Assembly: GCA_963665115.1 (NCBI GenBank)
Contig: OY762007.1
Span: forward strand, 576,001-640,000
Direction: 5' to 3'
Source of the DNA: an uncultured Rivularia sp.
GTDB lineage: Bacteria; Cyanobacteriota; Cyanobacteriia; Cyanobacteriales; Nostocaceae
DNA: 64,000 nucleotides
Positions 31,571 to 43,700 of the stretch are shown here, piece after piece. Both the position numbers and the translations under genes were made by a program. The notes beneath the pieces were generated by a model that was not told the origin of the DNA, searched no databases, and was given only the letters and a program-made list of their open reading frames with translations. The first letter of the stretch is position 1. Each line of letters starts with the position of its first letter.

Positions 31571-34500
31571 TTGTCAACGTATCTACCAGTCAACTATATG
31601 CATCTGCACGCACAGTCCAATAATGATTCCCAACTGCTTCAAGTGCTTTTAGAGCATACACCTGTAGCTGTTGCAATGTTTGATACTCAGATGTGCCTGA
31701 TGGCAGCAAGTCGTAAATGGCTGGCAGATTATGGTTTGAATGGAGAATATCCGATCGGTAGTTGTTATTACGAAATACTTCCCCAAAATTCAGATAAATG
31801 GAAGATAATTCACCAACGCTGTTTGACTGGTGCAATAGCAAGTTGCGAAGCTGACAAAATGGTGGGTATTGATGGTGAATTGGAGTGGATCAAATGGGAA
31901 TGTCGTCCTTGGAATCAAGATAATGGTGAAATTGGTGGAATAATCTTTTCCTCAGAGAAAGTTACAGAACAAATGCTTTGCGAGCAAGCATTAACAGCTA
32001 ACGAAAAACGCTTGCGAAAACTAGCTGCGGATTTACCAGGGGTTATTTATCAGTTTCGCTTAGATGCAAATGGCGAAATGTCGTTTCCTTATATGAGTTC
32101 TGGTTGTCGGAGGTTTCTGGAAATAGAACCTCAAAAAGCCGAGCAAAATTTCCATGTTGTTTTTGATTTAATTCATCCTTCAGACAAAGAATCCTATCTG
32201 GAGTCAATGAAACTCTCAGCTGATACGTTGTTACCTTGGCTGTGGGAGGGAAGAATCATTACACATAGCGGTAAATGCAAGTGGATTCGGTGCGTATTGC
32301 GACCGGAAAAACAAGCTGGTTGCGACATTCTTTGGAGTGGGCTGATGATTGATATCAGCGACAAAATACAAATAGAAGAACAGCTACGGCAGTATCAGCT
32401 AGATTTAGAAAGCAAGGTGCAGTATCGCACTGCCGAACTTGAGGCAACGAACACACAACTACAAACCCAAATTTCAGGAAGACAACAAGCCGAAAAGACA
32501 TTACATCAAACAGAAGCGCGGTTTGAAAAACTAGCGGCTAACGTTCCGGGAATGATTTATCAATATATATTGCATCCAGATGGTAGCAGCCATTTGCCCT
32601 ATGTAAGTCCTGGTTGTTATAACCTTTATGAATTGAAACCCGAACAGATTCAACAAGATGTTAAAAATACTTTTGAAAAAACCCATCCGGATGACCTACC
32701 AATCTTACAGCAGTCAATAGCGGTATCGGCCCAAAATTTAGAGCCTTGGAAGCAAGAATGGCGAATTACGACCCCATCAGGAGAATTGAAGTGGTTGAAG
32801 GGGCATTCTAAACCGGAAAAGCAACCTAACGGAGATATTGTCTGGGATGGGATGGTGATGGATATTACCGAGCTTAAGCAAGCAGAAGAAGATGTACAAA
32901 AGTTTGTATCTTTAATAGAAAATAGCTCCGACTTTATTGCTATAGCATCACTTGACACTCAAACTTTGTTCCTTAACGAAGCTGGTAAAAAACTTGTAGG
33001 AATAAATAGTACTGAAGAATACAGACGGACAACTATAGCTGATTATCATACACCTGAAGATTGGAAACATTTCGAGAAAAATATGGTGCCGATTATCCAA
33101 GATACAGGACGATGGCAAGGAGAGTTCCGCTTTAGGCATTGTAAAACAGGTAAACTTATTCCAATTGATTACAATGTTTTTGTTATTAAAGATCAAAAAA
33201 CCGAGAAACCCATAGCTTTCGCTACCGTTACACGAGATATTTCAGCACGTAAACAAGCCGAAGCTGCTATAAAAGAATCAGAAGCAAAATATCGTGAATT
33301 AGCGCGTCGGGAACAACTTCTTAACAATCTCGCCAGCCAAATTCGTGAATCATTAGATTTAAACACTGTTTTAAAAACAGCGATACAACAAATTAGAGAT
33401 TTATTAGATATTGATAGATGCAGTTTTTCTTGGTTTAATCCTAATGCTAAACCTCCTATTTGGGAAACTATTGAAGAATCAAAAAATAGTAGTTTACCTA
33501 GTTTGATAGGTCGCCATTCTATAGATAAGGTAGGGTCGGTGACAGAACTATTTATCAAACAAGAAATACTAAAAATAGACGATGCGAGCAAATGTGAAGA
33601 ACCAATACATCGACAATTCTTAGAATCTTTAGGGATTAAATCAGAAATTGTGCTGCCAATCCAGACCCGTTCCGGTCAAATTGGTGTAATTGTTTGTGGT
33701 CACTGGGCAGAAACTCGTCCTTGGACTGATGGTGAAGTAGAATTACTGCAAGCAGTAGTGGATCAATTGGCGATCGCCATTAACCAAGCCGATCTTTATG
33801 CAGAAACTCAACAAACAGCATTAAATGCTCAACAACAAGCGCAACAAATAGAACAAACGCTACAACAGCTCCAAAAAGCTCAATCTCAGTTGGTGCAAAG
33901 TGAAAAAATGTCTGGTTTGGGTCAGCTAGTTGCTGGAGTCGCTCACGAAATCAACAATCCTGTCAATTTTATTTACGGTAATTTAGCTCATGCAAGTAGT
34001 TATACTGAAGACATATTAGGTTTACTCAAACTGTACGAACGAGAATATCCCGAACCAACTCCGGAAATACAAGAAGAAATAAAAGCCCTCGATGTAGATT
34101 TTCTAGCTTCCGATCTACCTAAGCTAATGAAATCAATGATGATAGGGGCTGAAAGGATTCGAGGAATCGTACAATCGTTGAGAACCTTTTCTCGTCTTGA
34201 CGAAGCAGAAATGAAAACGGTAGATATTCATGAAGGTATTGAAAGTACTTTGATGATTCTGCAACATCGTCTTAAGCCCAAGCAGGAGCATCATGGAATT
34301 GAGATAATTAAGCAATACGCTAATCTACCTAAAGTTGTTTGCTTTGCCGGACAGCTAAATCAAGTATTTATGAATTTGCTTGCTAATGCAATTGACGCAT
34401 TAGAAGAAGGACTACATAAAGGTCAAGTCTGTACACCTAAAATCAAAATTACTACGGAAATGCTAAATAATGATTATGTTGCTATCCACATTATAGATAA

Positions 34501-34711
34501 CGGCACGGGAATTTCCGAAAAAGTCCAGCGACGTTTATTTGACCCATTCTTTACTACTAAGCCTGTTGGAGTTGGAACTGGTTTAGGTTTATCAATTAGT
34601 TATCAGATTATCGTTGATAAACATGGTGGTCAGCTACTCTGCTTTAGCAAACAGGGAGAAGGTACTGAGTTTGTTATTGAAATTCCTACGACTCAACCAG
34701 ACAACACTTGA
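31571..34711 (+). CDS. Cytoplasmic multi-PAS/GAF sensor histidine kinase
   Basis: Four PAS/PAC units, a GAF, H-box GVAHEINNP, NLLANAIDA and FDPFFTTKPVGVGTGLGLSI. Confidence 0.93.
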   Translation: MSTYLPVNYMHLHAQSNNDSQLLQVLLEHTPVAVAMFDTQMCLMAASRKWLADYGLNGEYPIGSCYYEILPQNSDKWKIIHQRCLTGAIASCEADKMVGIDGELEWIKWECRPWNQDNGEIGGIIFSSEKVTEQMLCEQALTANEKRLRKLAADLPGVIYQFRLDANGEMSFPYMSSGCRRFLEIEPQKAEQNFHVVFDLIHPSDKESYLESMKLSADTLLPWLWEGRIITHSGKCKWIRCVLRPEKQAGCDILWSGLMIDISDKIQIEEQLRQYQLDLESKVQYRTAELEATNTQLQTQISGRQQAEKTLHQTEARFEKLAANVPGMIYQYILHPDGSSHLPYVSPGCYNLYELKPEQIQQDVKNTFEKTHPDDLPILQQSIAVSAQNLEPWKQEWRITTPSGELKWLKGHSKPEKQPNGDIVWDGMVMDITELKQAEEDVQKFVSLIENSSDFIAIASLDTQTLFLNEAGKKLVGINSTEEYRRTTIADYHTPEDWKHFEKNMVPIIQDTGRWQGEFRFRHCKTGKLIPIDYNVFVIKDQKTEKPIAFATVTRDISARKQAEAAIKESEAKYRELARREQLLNNLASQIRESLDLNTVLKTAIQQIRDLLDIDRCSFSWFNPNAKPPIWETIEESKNSSLPSLIGRHSIDKVGSVTELFIKQEILKIDDASKCEEPIHRQFLESLGIKSEIVLPIQTRSGQIGVIVCGHWAETRPWTDGEVELLQAVVDQLAIAINQADLYAETQQTALNAQQQAQQIEQTLQQLQKAQSQLVQSEKMSGLGQLVAGVAHEINNPVNFIYGNLAHASSYTEDILGLLKLYEREYPEPTPEIQEEIKALDVDFLASDLPKLMKSMMIGAERIRGIVQSLRTFSRLDEAEMKTVDIHEGIESTLMILQHRLKPKQEHHGIEIIKQYANLPKVVCFAGQLNQVFMNLLANAIDALEEGLHKGQVCTPKIKITTEMLNNDYVAIHIIDNGTGISEKVQRRLFDPFFTTKPVGVGTGLGLSISYQIIVDKHGGQLLCFSKQGEGTEFVIEIPTTQPDNT

Positions 34712-35475
34712 AAAATAAATGCATGAACTTATATGTCTTTGTTTACTACCTTCCCGCTCTAAAATTAGCGAAAAATTGTAGGTTTGGTTTCGTTCCTTAG
34801 ACCAGCATTCGTTGGGTTTTAATTCGTTCAACCCAACAACCCAACCTACTTAATAGGTAATCTTCTACCGAGAAAAGAGTAGCATATAAGTCTCTGATAC
34901 AATCAATGATTTGCACAATAACAATTAATGGTATAGCATTTTTGATTTGCTACTAAAGTATTTATACTGAGACATAAAAAAAATAGCCTTATATTTACCT
35001 TATGCATATATAGTCTTTTTACAAAAAATCAAGATTTTTAAATACTTATAGTGAAAAGCAAAAGCTAACACAATATTCAGGTTACTGTTCTAATTTTTCT
35101 TTATCTAATCTTTAAAACTGCTAAAAATAAATATACATTTTTTTTAAACCTGTACTTATTTATAAATAGTATTACTTACAAATATTGTAAATTGATAACA
35201 TTATTACTTCTATAGATAAAATGATATTTTACAGATATTTACTGCTGTAAAAATAGAAAAACTGGTTTAAATTCTAGTTATGGATAAAAATTGATGAATG
35301 CTGACAGATTTTTATAATTTTGTATAGCAGGCAATACATATTAATTTATTCATATTAAGGCTCAAAGCCTTTGCTACTTATATATCAGGTTGCACTATCT
35401 AATTTTATATGCATTGAGATATCAAAATGCATTCAAAACTTGATAAATAGTTAGCAATATAAGGAAATAAATCTG

Positions 35476-36216
35476 ATGCAAGAAGTATTTGCACTAATTG
35501 AAAAGAACAAGAAAGAATTTACCAAATTAGAATTATTTGAGTATATGCAAGATAAAAGTATTACGCCGAATGATAGGCTATCTTTTGCTCCTTGCATGAC
35601 TCATTTTATTATGAGCTTCGGTGATTTAAATAAATATGTATTGAAAGAAGCACAGCCAGTTAACAAGCTTCAACATATAATTAACGAACACGCTAATGAG
35701 GATGAGGAACACTGGCGTTGGTTTGTTACAGACCTAGAAAAACTAGATTGCAATCCAATTCAAAATTTTTCAAAAGCATTAAAGTCTATTTGGAGCGAAG
35801 AAACTAAAATTACTCGTCAAATATCATATCATGTTGCTGGATATACTTTAACAGCAGAACCCATAATTAAAATAGCAGCAATTGAAGCATTAGAAGCAGT
35901 AGGGAATGTTTTCTTCTGTGCTTCATCTCAAGTTGCTTCAGACTTAAAGAAAATTACAAAAAAAGATTATCTTTATTTTGGTGAATCACATTTGAAGTTA
36001 GAAACAGGACATACTGTAGGAACACCAGAAACAGAATGTTTTTTAACAGAAATAGTGCTTACAGATTCACAGCGTCAACAAGCTTTTGATATAGTCGAGA
36101 AAATATTTCAAATTTTTACAGAATGGACATACGAGCTTTTAGCTTACGCACAAAAGCATGGTAAAGAATCTGCTATAGAAAACAAGATAGAACCAGGTTT
36201 GATGCTTTGCGTTTGA
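35476..36216 (+). CDS. AetD-like heme-oxygenase-fold diiron oxidase (HDO)
   Basis: HANEDEEHWRWF, IEALE and ESHLKLETGH metal-ligand motifs; length and layout match AetD as recalled (HTQEDAKHWEWF, IEAME, SHVEVETGH). Confidence 0.75.
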   Translation: MQEVFALIEKNKKEFTKLELFEYMQDKSITPNDRLSFAPCMTHFIMSFGDLNKYVLKEAQPVNKLQHIINEHANEDEEHWRWFVTDLEKLDCNPIQNFSKALKSIWSEETKITRQISYHVAGYTLTAEPIIKIAAIEALEAVGNVFFCASSQVASDLKKITKKDYLYFGESHLKLETGHTVGTPETECFLTEIVLTDSQRQQAFDIVEKIFQIFTEWTYELLAYAQKHGKESAIENKIEPGLMLCV

Positions 36217-36342
36217 TAAAATATTACGACGCGCCAGGATGCTGAATATCAACATGAAAAAAGACGTTGCATTGCAACGTCTTTTTTTATAAGTTCATTT
36301 CAAGAAGTATTAGGAAATATCCAATTTCCCATGCCCAATTAC

Positions 36343-38449
36343 CTAAGCCGCACTTTTCAGACCATTATGCTTGAGTAAAGGTTCGGTACTCGGTTCTCTA
36401 CCACGGAAAGATTCAAATACTTCCATCGGATGTTTGCTACCGCCAAGTGCAAGTACGGTGTCGCGATAGCGTTTACCTGTCTCTTTAATAGCTTCTTCGT
36501 CTTCTAATCCCGCTTCTTCAAAAGCAGCAAAAGCATCCGCGCTTAATACTTCAGCCCATTTATAGCTGTAATAACCTGCCGCATATCCACCAGCAAAAAT
36601 ATGTCCGAAGGCACAGAGGAAGTTATCTTCTGGTAGCGGTGGCAATACAGTTGTATTTTTGGCGATGCGGCTGCGTACATCTTCGGGAGTTTCGCTACCA
36701 CCGGGGACGATAACGGTAATGTAATTCTATATCGAGCAAGCTAAAGTGCAGTTGACGCAACATCCCGCTACCGCTCATATAGTTACGTGCAGCAACTAAT
36801 TTCTGATAATAATGTTCTGGCAGAGGTTCGCCGGTTTCGTAATGCTTCGCCATTCCCATCAAAGTCGGGCGTTCGTAACACCAGTTTTCCATGAATTGAC
36901 TGGGTAATTCTACGGCATCCCACTCGACATTATTAATACCAGCAGCGCTAGGATAATTTATCTTGGTAAGCATATGCTGCAAGCCGTGACCAAATTCGTG
37001 GAAAAGGGTTTCTACTTCCGTAAAGGTCATTAAGCTGGGTTTATCATCAACCGGGGGAGTTTGGTTGCATATCAAATAAGCAACGGGTAACTGAATATCA
37101 GCTTTACCGTTTTGCTTAATTTGACGGCGATTTAAACAGGTATCCATCCATGCACCACCGCGTTTCTCGGCTGGGCGGCTGTAAGGATCTAAATAGAAAT
37201 AAGCTATGGGATTACCCGTTTCATCAGCTATTTGAAAATAGCGAACATTTTCGTGCCATACCGGCGCTTGTCCGTCAGCAGGAGTAACGCTAACGTTGAA
37301 TAAGCGTTTTACCAATCCGAATAAACCGTCAAGAACTTGAGGAAGTGGGAAATAGGGACGTAATTCTTCCTGGGTAAAATCAAACTTCTCTTCGCGCTGA
37401 CGCTCTGCCCAAAAGGTAACGTCCCAGTTTTTTAAATCCTTCGCTTCTGGAGCATTTTTAGAAGCTGCAAATTCTTTTAATTCTTCTAATTCTTTTTGTG
37501 CGGCATCGTAACTGGTAAGACGCAATTCTTCTAAAAGTCTATCAACTGCTTCTACGTTAGGAGCCATTTTACTTGCTAAACTCACCTCGGCATAGTTCTT
37601 ATATCCGAGTAATTCAGCTAATTCTTGCCTTAGCTCCAAAATACGCTTGATTATCGGTCTATTATCCAACTCTCCCGAAGATGCGCGAGAAATAAACGCT
37701 TTATACAGTTGTTCGCGTAAATCGCGTCGCTTGCTGTGCTGCATAAAAGGAGCATAGCTGGGAAAATCCAAAGTTATCAGCCAAGGGCCATTTTCCGGAG
37801 TCGCGTTTTCTTCACCAGCATCTCTTGCTGCTTGTGCTGCCAAACTCAGCCAGCTTGGAGGTAAACCTTCGACTTCTTCGGGGTTTACTAACTTTAAACT
37901 AAAAGCTTTAGTTGCATCCAAAACATGGTTTGAGAACTTCGTGGAAATTTCTGCCATTTCCATTTGAATAGCATTAAAACGTTCTTGTGCTTCACCTTCC
38001 AAACCAATACCAGCAAGTTCAGCATCGCGGATAGATGATTCAATAATTCGCTGTTGTGCTGAATCCAAAGTGTTCCAAATATCGTCTTCTCGCAATGCTT
38101 TGAAAGCATTATAAATAGGTTTACTTTGGCTGAGTCGGTTAGAAAACTGTACTATTTGAGGTTGTGAAGTTTCGTAAGCTTGACGTAATTCCGGGCTATT
38201 TTTCACACCCATCAAATGGCTAACAATACCCCAACTCCAAGTTAAACGTTCGGTTAACCGTTCCAAAGGTTCTACCAAACCGCTCCAAGTGGGTTTTAAA
38301 TCGGCTTCTAATTGAGTAAGTTCTTCATTTAGTTCTGAGAGTAATTGATTTAAAGCAGGTTCTACGTGTTCCGGCTTAACTTCTGCAAAAGGAGGTAAAC
38401 CCGAACATTTGAGCAAGGGATTATCTGAGATAGCAACTTTCGTGGTCAT
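36343..38449 (-). CDS. prlC: Oligopeptidase A (M3 family), frameshifted at ~36703
   Basis: [17 protein letters not shown] zinc motif, [11 protein letters not shown] and [18 protein letters not shown]. Confidence 0.93.
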
Positions 38450-38603
38450 AAATGTGTGTGAGAGGCAAATATTCTATTATATATAGTTCTAATTTAATTA
38501 ATATTCGTAAATTTGGTGTTTGTGGAATTCCGTACCGAAGAGGATGGGCAAATAATGTAGAGACGTAGCAGTGCTACGTCTCCCGACAATTGCGGGAAAA
38601 AAG

Positions 38604-39623
38604 TCAGATCGCATTCGTAATTTCCATAGTTTCCAACACCATCCAAACTACAAATAATCCATACATCCCCAGCAATACTACGCATTCTTTCTTACTCAAA
38701 ACCAATCCCGTGCGAAGCATCGCGAATAAAACAATCGTGGCAAAAGTTAATACACCCATCATCGGAGCAGCAACAGCAAAATCAATAATTGAAGCACCAG
38801 CAATCATTACTCCTACAGGAATCGCTACGAGCAAATCAAAAATATTGCTACCTAATACATTCGCGAGGCTGATAATCCCATCACCTCTTTGAGCAGCGCG
38901 GATACTCACAAAAGCATCCGGTAAACTAGTACCCGCAGCAATAACGGTGATACCCCAGAGAAAAGTTGGTGTATTTAAAACCTTTCCTAAACCAATCGCA
39001 CCTGAAACTAATCCTTCAACACTGATAACAATAAGAACCAAACTGAATAACAATCGCAGCCATTCTTTACCAATACGAATATTTGATGGACGCTCGCGAT
39101 TACTGGTTTGATTGTCTTCCATAGTGTCTTGCTGCTGTAAAAACAAATATAGTCCGTACATAGAAAGAGGCATCAAAGCAATTAATCGGTTCATTTTGCC
39201 CTGCAACATTACACCCGGTACCGGGTTGTAAATAACCGCAAAAGTAAAAGCTAGTAATAATACGGTAATGCTAGTAATATAAAATTGAGCATCCTTATAA
39301 ACCAAAAGGCGATCGGCACTTAAACGTTGCCCTACCAAACCGGAAATTCCGGGGATGACAAGAATATTAAAAATAGCCGAACCAACAATTGCTGCAACAC
39401 CCAAATCAAACTGTCCGTGAACGAGCGTTGCAAGTACCGTACTAGATAATTCCGGAAAACTTGAGCCAACCGCAACCACAACGCTTCCTTGAACAACGGG
39501 TGGTAATCGATAGTATTTAGATAAATTTTCGGCAGCAGTTTCTAACATAAAGCTGGCTTTCCAAACTACAGCAGTAGATATTACTATTAGACCGATATAT
39601 AAAATTAATCGTAATGCGTCCAT
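38604..39623 (-). CDS. Sodium/calcium exchanger (CaCA family)
   Basis: Alpha repeats GSSFPEL/GSAIFN and GTSLPD/GSNIFD. Confidence 0.9.
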   Translation of the reverse strand: MDALRLILYIGLIVISTAVVWKASFMLETAAENLSKYYRLPPVVQGSVVVAVGSSFPELSSTVLATLVHGQFDLGVAAIVGSAIFNILVIPGISGLVGQRLSADRLLVYKDAQFYITSITVLLLAFTFAVIYNPVPGVMLQGKMNRLIALMPLSMYGLYLFLQQQDTMEDNQTSNRERPSNIRIGKEWLRLLFSLVLIVISVEGLVSGAIGLGKVLNTPTFLWGITVIAAGTSLPDAFVSIRAAQRGDGIISLANVLGSNIFDLLVAIPVGVMIAGASIIDFAVAAPMMGVLTFATIVLFAMLRTGLVLSKKECVVLLGMYGLFVVWMVLETMEITNAI

Positions 39624-39778
39624 TGGCTGGGGTTAAACAATAATGTTAATTAAGAGTTGCACGCCAAGACGCAAAGATGCAAAGTTTTAGGAATACATTA
39701 TTCAATTTTCTTTAAGAAGCAAATGAGAAAGAGAAAGTTGTATGTAAGTAGTGCGAGCAAGATGCTCCCACTACAAAT

Positions 39779-40172
39779 TTATATATCAACTTCTTCGAGA
39801 CGTTCCCAGTTGTCGGCTGGGAATAATTCACTTACCGCACCTTGTAACTGAATTTCTCCTTGTTTTAATACTGTTACTGTGTCGGCAATCTCACAGACGA
39901 AATCAATATTATTGCTGACTAAAAGCACGGTTTTACCCATCTCACAAACTTTATCTAGTAACTCTGCAATCTGACGACGAGATGATGCACTTAAACCAAC
40001 TGTAGGTTCGTCAAGAGTTAGCACTTTCGGATCTACAATTAAAGCTTCAGCGATAGTAATGAGTTTGCGCTGTCCTCGTGATAGTAAAATTGGGGTCTTC
40101 GTCGAGCATATTTTCATCAATTCCGACTAGCTCGCAGACACGCTCTTGCTGTTCGGAAATATGATCGTCTTC
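39779..40172 (-). pseudogene. C-terminal fragment of an ABC/ECF ATPase
   Basis: LSRGQ signature and LDEPT Walker B present; no Walker A; H-loop degenerate; abuts an IS200/IS605 end. Confidence 0.7.
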
Positions 40173-40262
40173 TTGACACTCCCCGGCGTGAACGCACGGG
40201 GATTCTTGGATCTACGACATAACTTGCTACTGCTGGCTTACACCAACCGGAGTAGAGGTGTA
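40173..40262 (-). mobile_element. IS200/IS605-family (tnpB) right-end remnant
   Basis: Minus strand reads ...CAAGAATCCCCGTGCGTTCACGCCGGGGAGTGTCAA (subterminal hairpin plus TCAA end), preceded by a decayed TnpB-like tail (TSTPVG...QESP). Confidence 0.7.
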
Positions 40263-40551
40263 AAATTAGGAAATTTAATTAAATTTTAAATATAACTTAA
40301 ATAATTATTAAACTAATTGTCTGCTTATCCAGACAAAATAAAAGTTGGTAATTCATATAGCCTAGCTAAGTCAAATACAGTATCCTCAATCAGGTTAAAA
40401 AAATAATTCTCTCAATTTTCTAATAAAAAACTAAAGTCAGAAGCTAGAAAAGTTAATTTCCAAGTTCTGACTTATGTTTGATATTAAATTTTTAGTTAAA
40501 AATCTGGCAGTGCTTAAATATTCTTCATTATGATATTTATGATGATATTTT

Positions 40552-40833
40552 TTATTTACAATCAGAACCAATACATTTAACCGTCTTTACAGCTTCAACT
40601 TCATTTCTGACAAACAGATTAAACTTAGGTTGCCAAACATATAGTTGGTAAACTGCTAACAACAACAATACACTACCTATTTGTACAACTGATGGAGCCG
40701 ATACAAACCCCATTACTAAAAGTATTACTCCGGTAAAAAGTACTGCGATACGATAGACTTCTTCGGCAATCTTTAGCCCTAAGCAGATAGTACACAACGC
40801 AAGAATAAATAGTACTGGATATACTGTTAACAT
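40552..40833 (-). CDS. Small membrane hypothetical protein
   Basis: Three hydrophobic segments; ATG start. Confidence 0.6.
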   Translation of the reverse strand: MLTVYPVLFILALCTICLGLKIAEEVYRIAVLFTGVILLVMGFVSAPSVVQIGSVLLLLAVYQLYVWQPKFNLFVRNEVEAVKTVKCIGSDCK

Positions 40834-41887
40834 TTTTAGTTCCTAAAATTAGCTAGTAGAATCATCTATCGTTCTATTACAATAACAATTGTTTTAACGT
40901 TAGATAATAATTGTTTTACAATTCTAAATATCAAGCTTCGACAGATATTGAAAAATCTCAAAAAAAGCGGATTTTAGATACTTTACTTAACATTTATTCA
41001 AGTTGTTACCGTTGTAATCCAATGTCTTGTAGAACGTCAACTCTATATTACTCATGAATAATGCTTTTGGAGTCCATGTTTATAGGGATCAACCATTTAA
41101 GAACAGGATTGAGAACTATGGTTTATTGTATAATTGTTTTTTTAAAAGAAAGAACGAATTTCAGACATCAATTTATATGATTGCCTTTCAAACAAGATAT
41201 TGCTGCCATGTTTATAACAGACATATCGGCGGAAAGTTTCATCTCTAATAAAATTTGTATTTTCAAGAAATATATAGTAAGAATCTGCATTACTGCCATT
41301 CATTCCAAAATATTGCTGTTTCGGTAGCTATAACTTGAGCGGATATAATTATCAATAGTTAAAAACTCACTGATGTCAACGTAACTAAAAACCATTTAAT
41401 CTCTTACAATCAACTATTCTGCGGTTTCCAGAGATACTGCAATTCACACTAAAACAAGCTTTCCCTATCTATAGGTTTTTCCGGAATAATAAACAATTAT
41501 CGTAAATACTCATTTCAATACCTTCACGAATAAATCACCATCTGAGCATTAGATAACCGATAGAGACACTTTCTTGATACTGATGATTTCAATATTTTTA
41601 ATAGGATATTTTCAAATCAACCGATCGTTTTTGTTAAATTGCAGAACCAATATAATCAATATTACAGAAAAAAAGATTTAAATATATACTCCTTAAGTCG
41701 TATTTATAAATTTATCTTAGGAGAGTAATTGAGTTAAAGATCGGGTATTTAACTTATTTAATTAAAAAAGCTATAACTATCTAACTGTTTCTGGAATTAA
41801 CGCATATTTTCATTTTTGTAGATAAAAACAATATTTTTTTAACATTGTTCTAAAAAACGGCGATATTTTGAGAAAAAGTAACAAAAC

Positions 41888-43700
41888 CTATAGTAAAGCA
41901 ACCACGCATACAGGAGAACCACTACCTCCACGCAATCTCAAAATCCCAATAACAATAGTTATTCCAGTAGAAGGTAACTGTTCCAAATTAGTTAAATTCT
42001 CTAATACAATGCGTGGTTGATCTAAAACTAAGCGATTGATGGTAAAATTTGTCTCTTTTCCCCCATCTACACCGTGAGTATCGATGCCAATTCCGGCAAT
42101 ATTTCTTTTTTGAATTAATAACTTAGTTGCATCAACACCAAAACCTGGAAAATGCATAGTTCCTCGAACATCTTTGTTAAAAAAAGCTTTCTCATCATTC
42201 CATTTTTCTTGCCAATCCGTTCTTAATAAGACTAGACACTTATCGGGAATTTTCCCGTATCGATCTTCCCAAACCTCAATATCAGCAATACTCAGCACAT
42301 AATCGGGATTAACTGCCACAGAAGGACAAATATCTATCACCACGGCAGGTAAAACCAGTGAATTAGCCGGGTATTCGTCTATTCCCGCACCATTACCATG
42401 AAAACTTATCGGTGCGTTGATATGAGTAGCAGAATGTTCCCCCATTGAAAACTGACGCAGATAATAACCATCTTTTTCCCAATCTGCTACCGTTTCAAAT
42501 TCTACGGATGGATCGCCTTCCCATCGAGGAATATTTGGATCGATAACGTGACTTAAGTGAATCACGCGGGAATATGAAATTTGATGTTGAATGTTAGCAG
42601 AACTAAAGTTCTGCGTTAACCTTGCTAAAGTAGCTTCCATAATCGCACTACTTTGCCCGGTGACAGTAAATACCAAGGCTTCACGATAAATCCGCTGTGC
42701 TGCATGATGAGTGTAATTAGCAGCCCCACTAGAAACAGTTACCGCCCCATGAGCTATTCTTGTTATTAGATCGATAGCCCAAGCTCTTAATTGCAGCTTT
42801 TGCCTAAACTCTACTTCTTGCTGCCTTGCTTTCCCAATCGCACTACGACAGCTATTTAACTCAGCTTGGAGAGAATTGAAAGCATCATTGATAAAAGATA
42901 ATGATTTCTTCTCAAACGCCGATTTAATAACATCTAAACCAGCTTCAGCACATCCAAAAGCGAGAAAGGTAGCTCTAAGAAGATTCTTTCGATCGTTTTC
43001 CTGTATCCAACCCGGTGGTTTAATAGAAACTACCAACTCTTCAGGCAGAAACCAATTTAAAGTCGCAGAAACAGTATTTGTTGAATTCATTGCCGCTAAT
43101 TGTGCGGGGCAACTAAAGGTTATTTCACCCCCTGCTTGTTTGGTGTTTTTAAAAGGAGCGATTCCAAAAACGGCACCTCCATCAGGTAAAGTCGCAGCAA
43201 CAATAAATTCTTGGAAGAATCCAAATCCAGTTATCCAAGGTACAACACCATTTATACGATAACCCCCCGGTACCGCAAGGGCTGTAATTATTGGTTCACC
43301 TCTGCGACGCAAATGAGAGAAGCCCACACCCAGTAAAACTTTCCCACTACCCATAAGCGGGAGATATTCTTGTTGAAGAGTAGAATTATCACCCGCAAGC
43401 AACATTCCAGCAGCACTTTGATGTTGTGTTTGTAAAAAAGCTAAAGCCCCAGAATATCTAGCTACTAATTCTTGAAAATTACCATAATCAACTTCGCTAA
43501 ATCCCTTACCACCCCATTTTTCCGGAAACCCTCAACGCTAATAAATCTAAATTCCCCAAACCTTGCAAAGCCTCAAGCAAAGCATCCGGTGATTTATCTA
43601 TTTCGTTAGCCTTTAATGCAACAGTTTCGGATAAATAAGATTTAGCTGAATCCAAGAAAGAAGAAAGATTATGAAGAGACACTTTCGCAGAAGAATCCAT
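41888..43700 (-). CDS. Acyl-CoA-dehydrogenase-like flavoprotein fused to a cyclase-family (KynB/isatin hydrolase-like) domain; frameshifted at ~43525
   Basis: N part: YRINGVVPWITG and AQRIYREA. C part: HLSHVI, GEHSATHINAPISF, HFPGF, GIGIDT, LENLTNL and GGSGSP. The short ORF 43506-43718 joins after removing one T. Confidence 0.8.

Noticed and set aside
33300..33800. Photosensory CBCR GAF in the histidine kinase
   Set aside because: Lacks the Asp motif and the CH/CY bilin-attachment motif seen in the MCP GAFs
40850..41880. Genes in the long AT-rich gap (e.g. ORF 41054-41248)
   Set aside because: No recognisable motifs, SD or repeat structure that I could support
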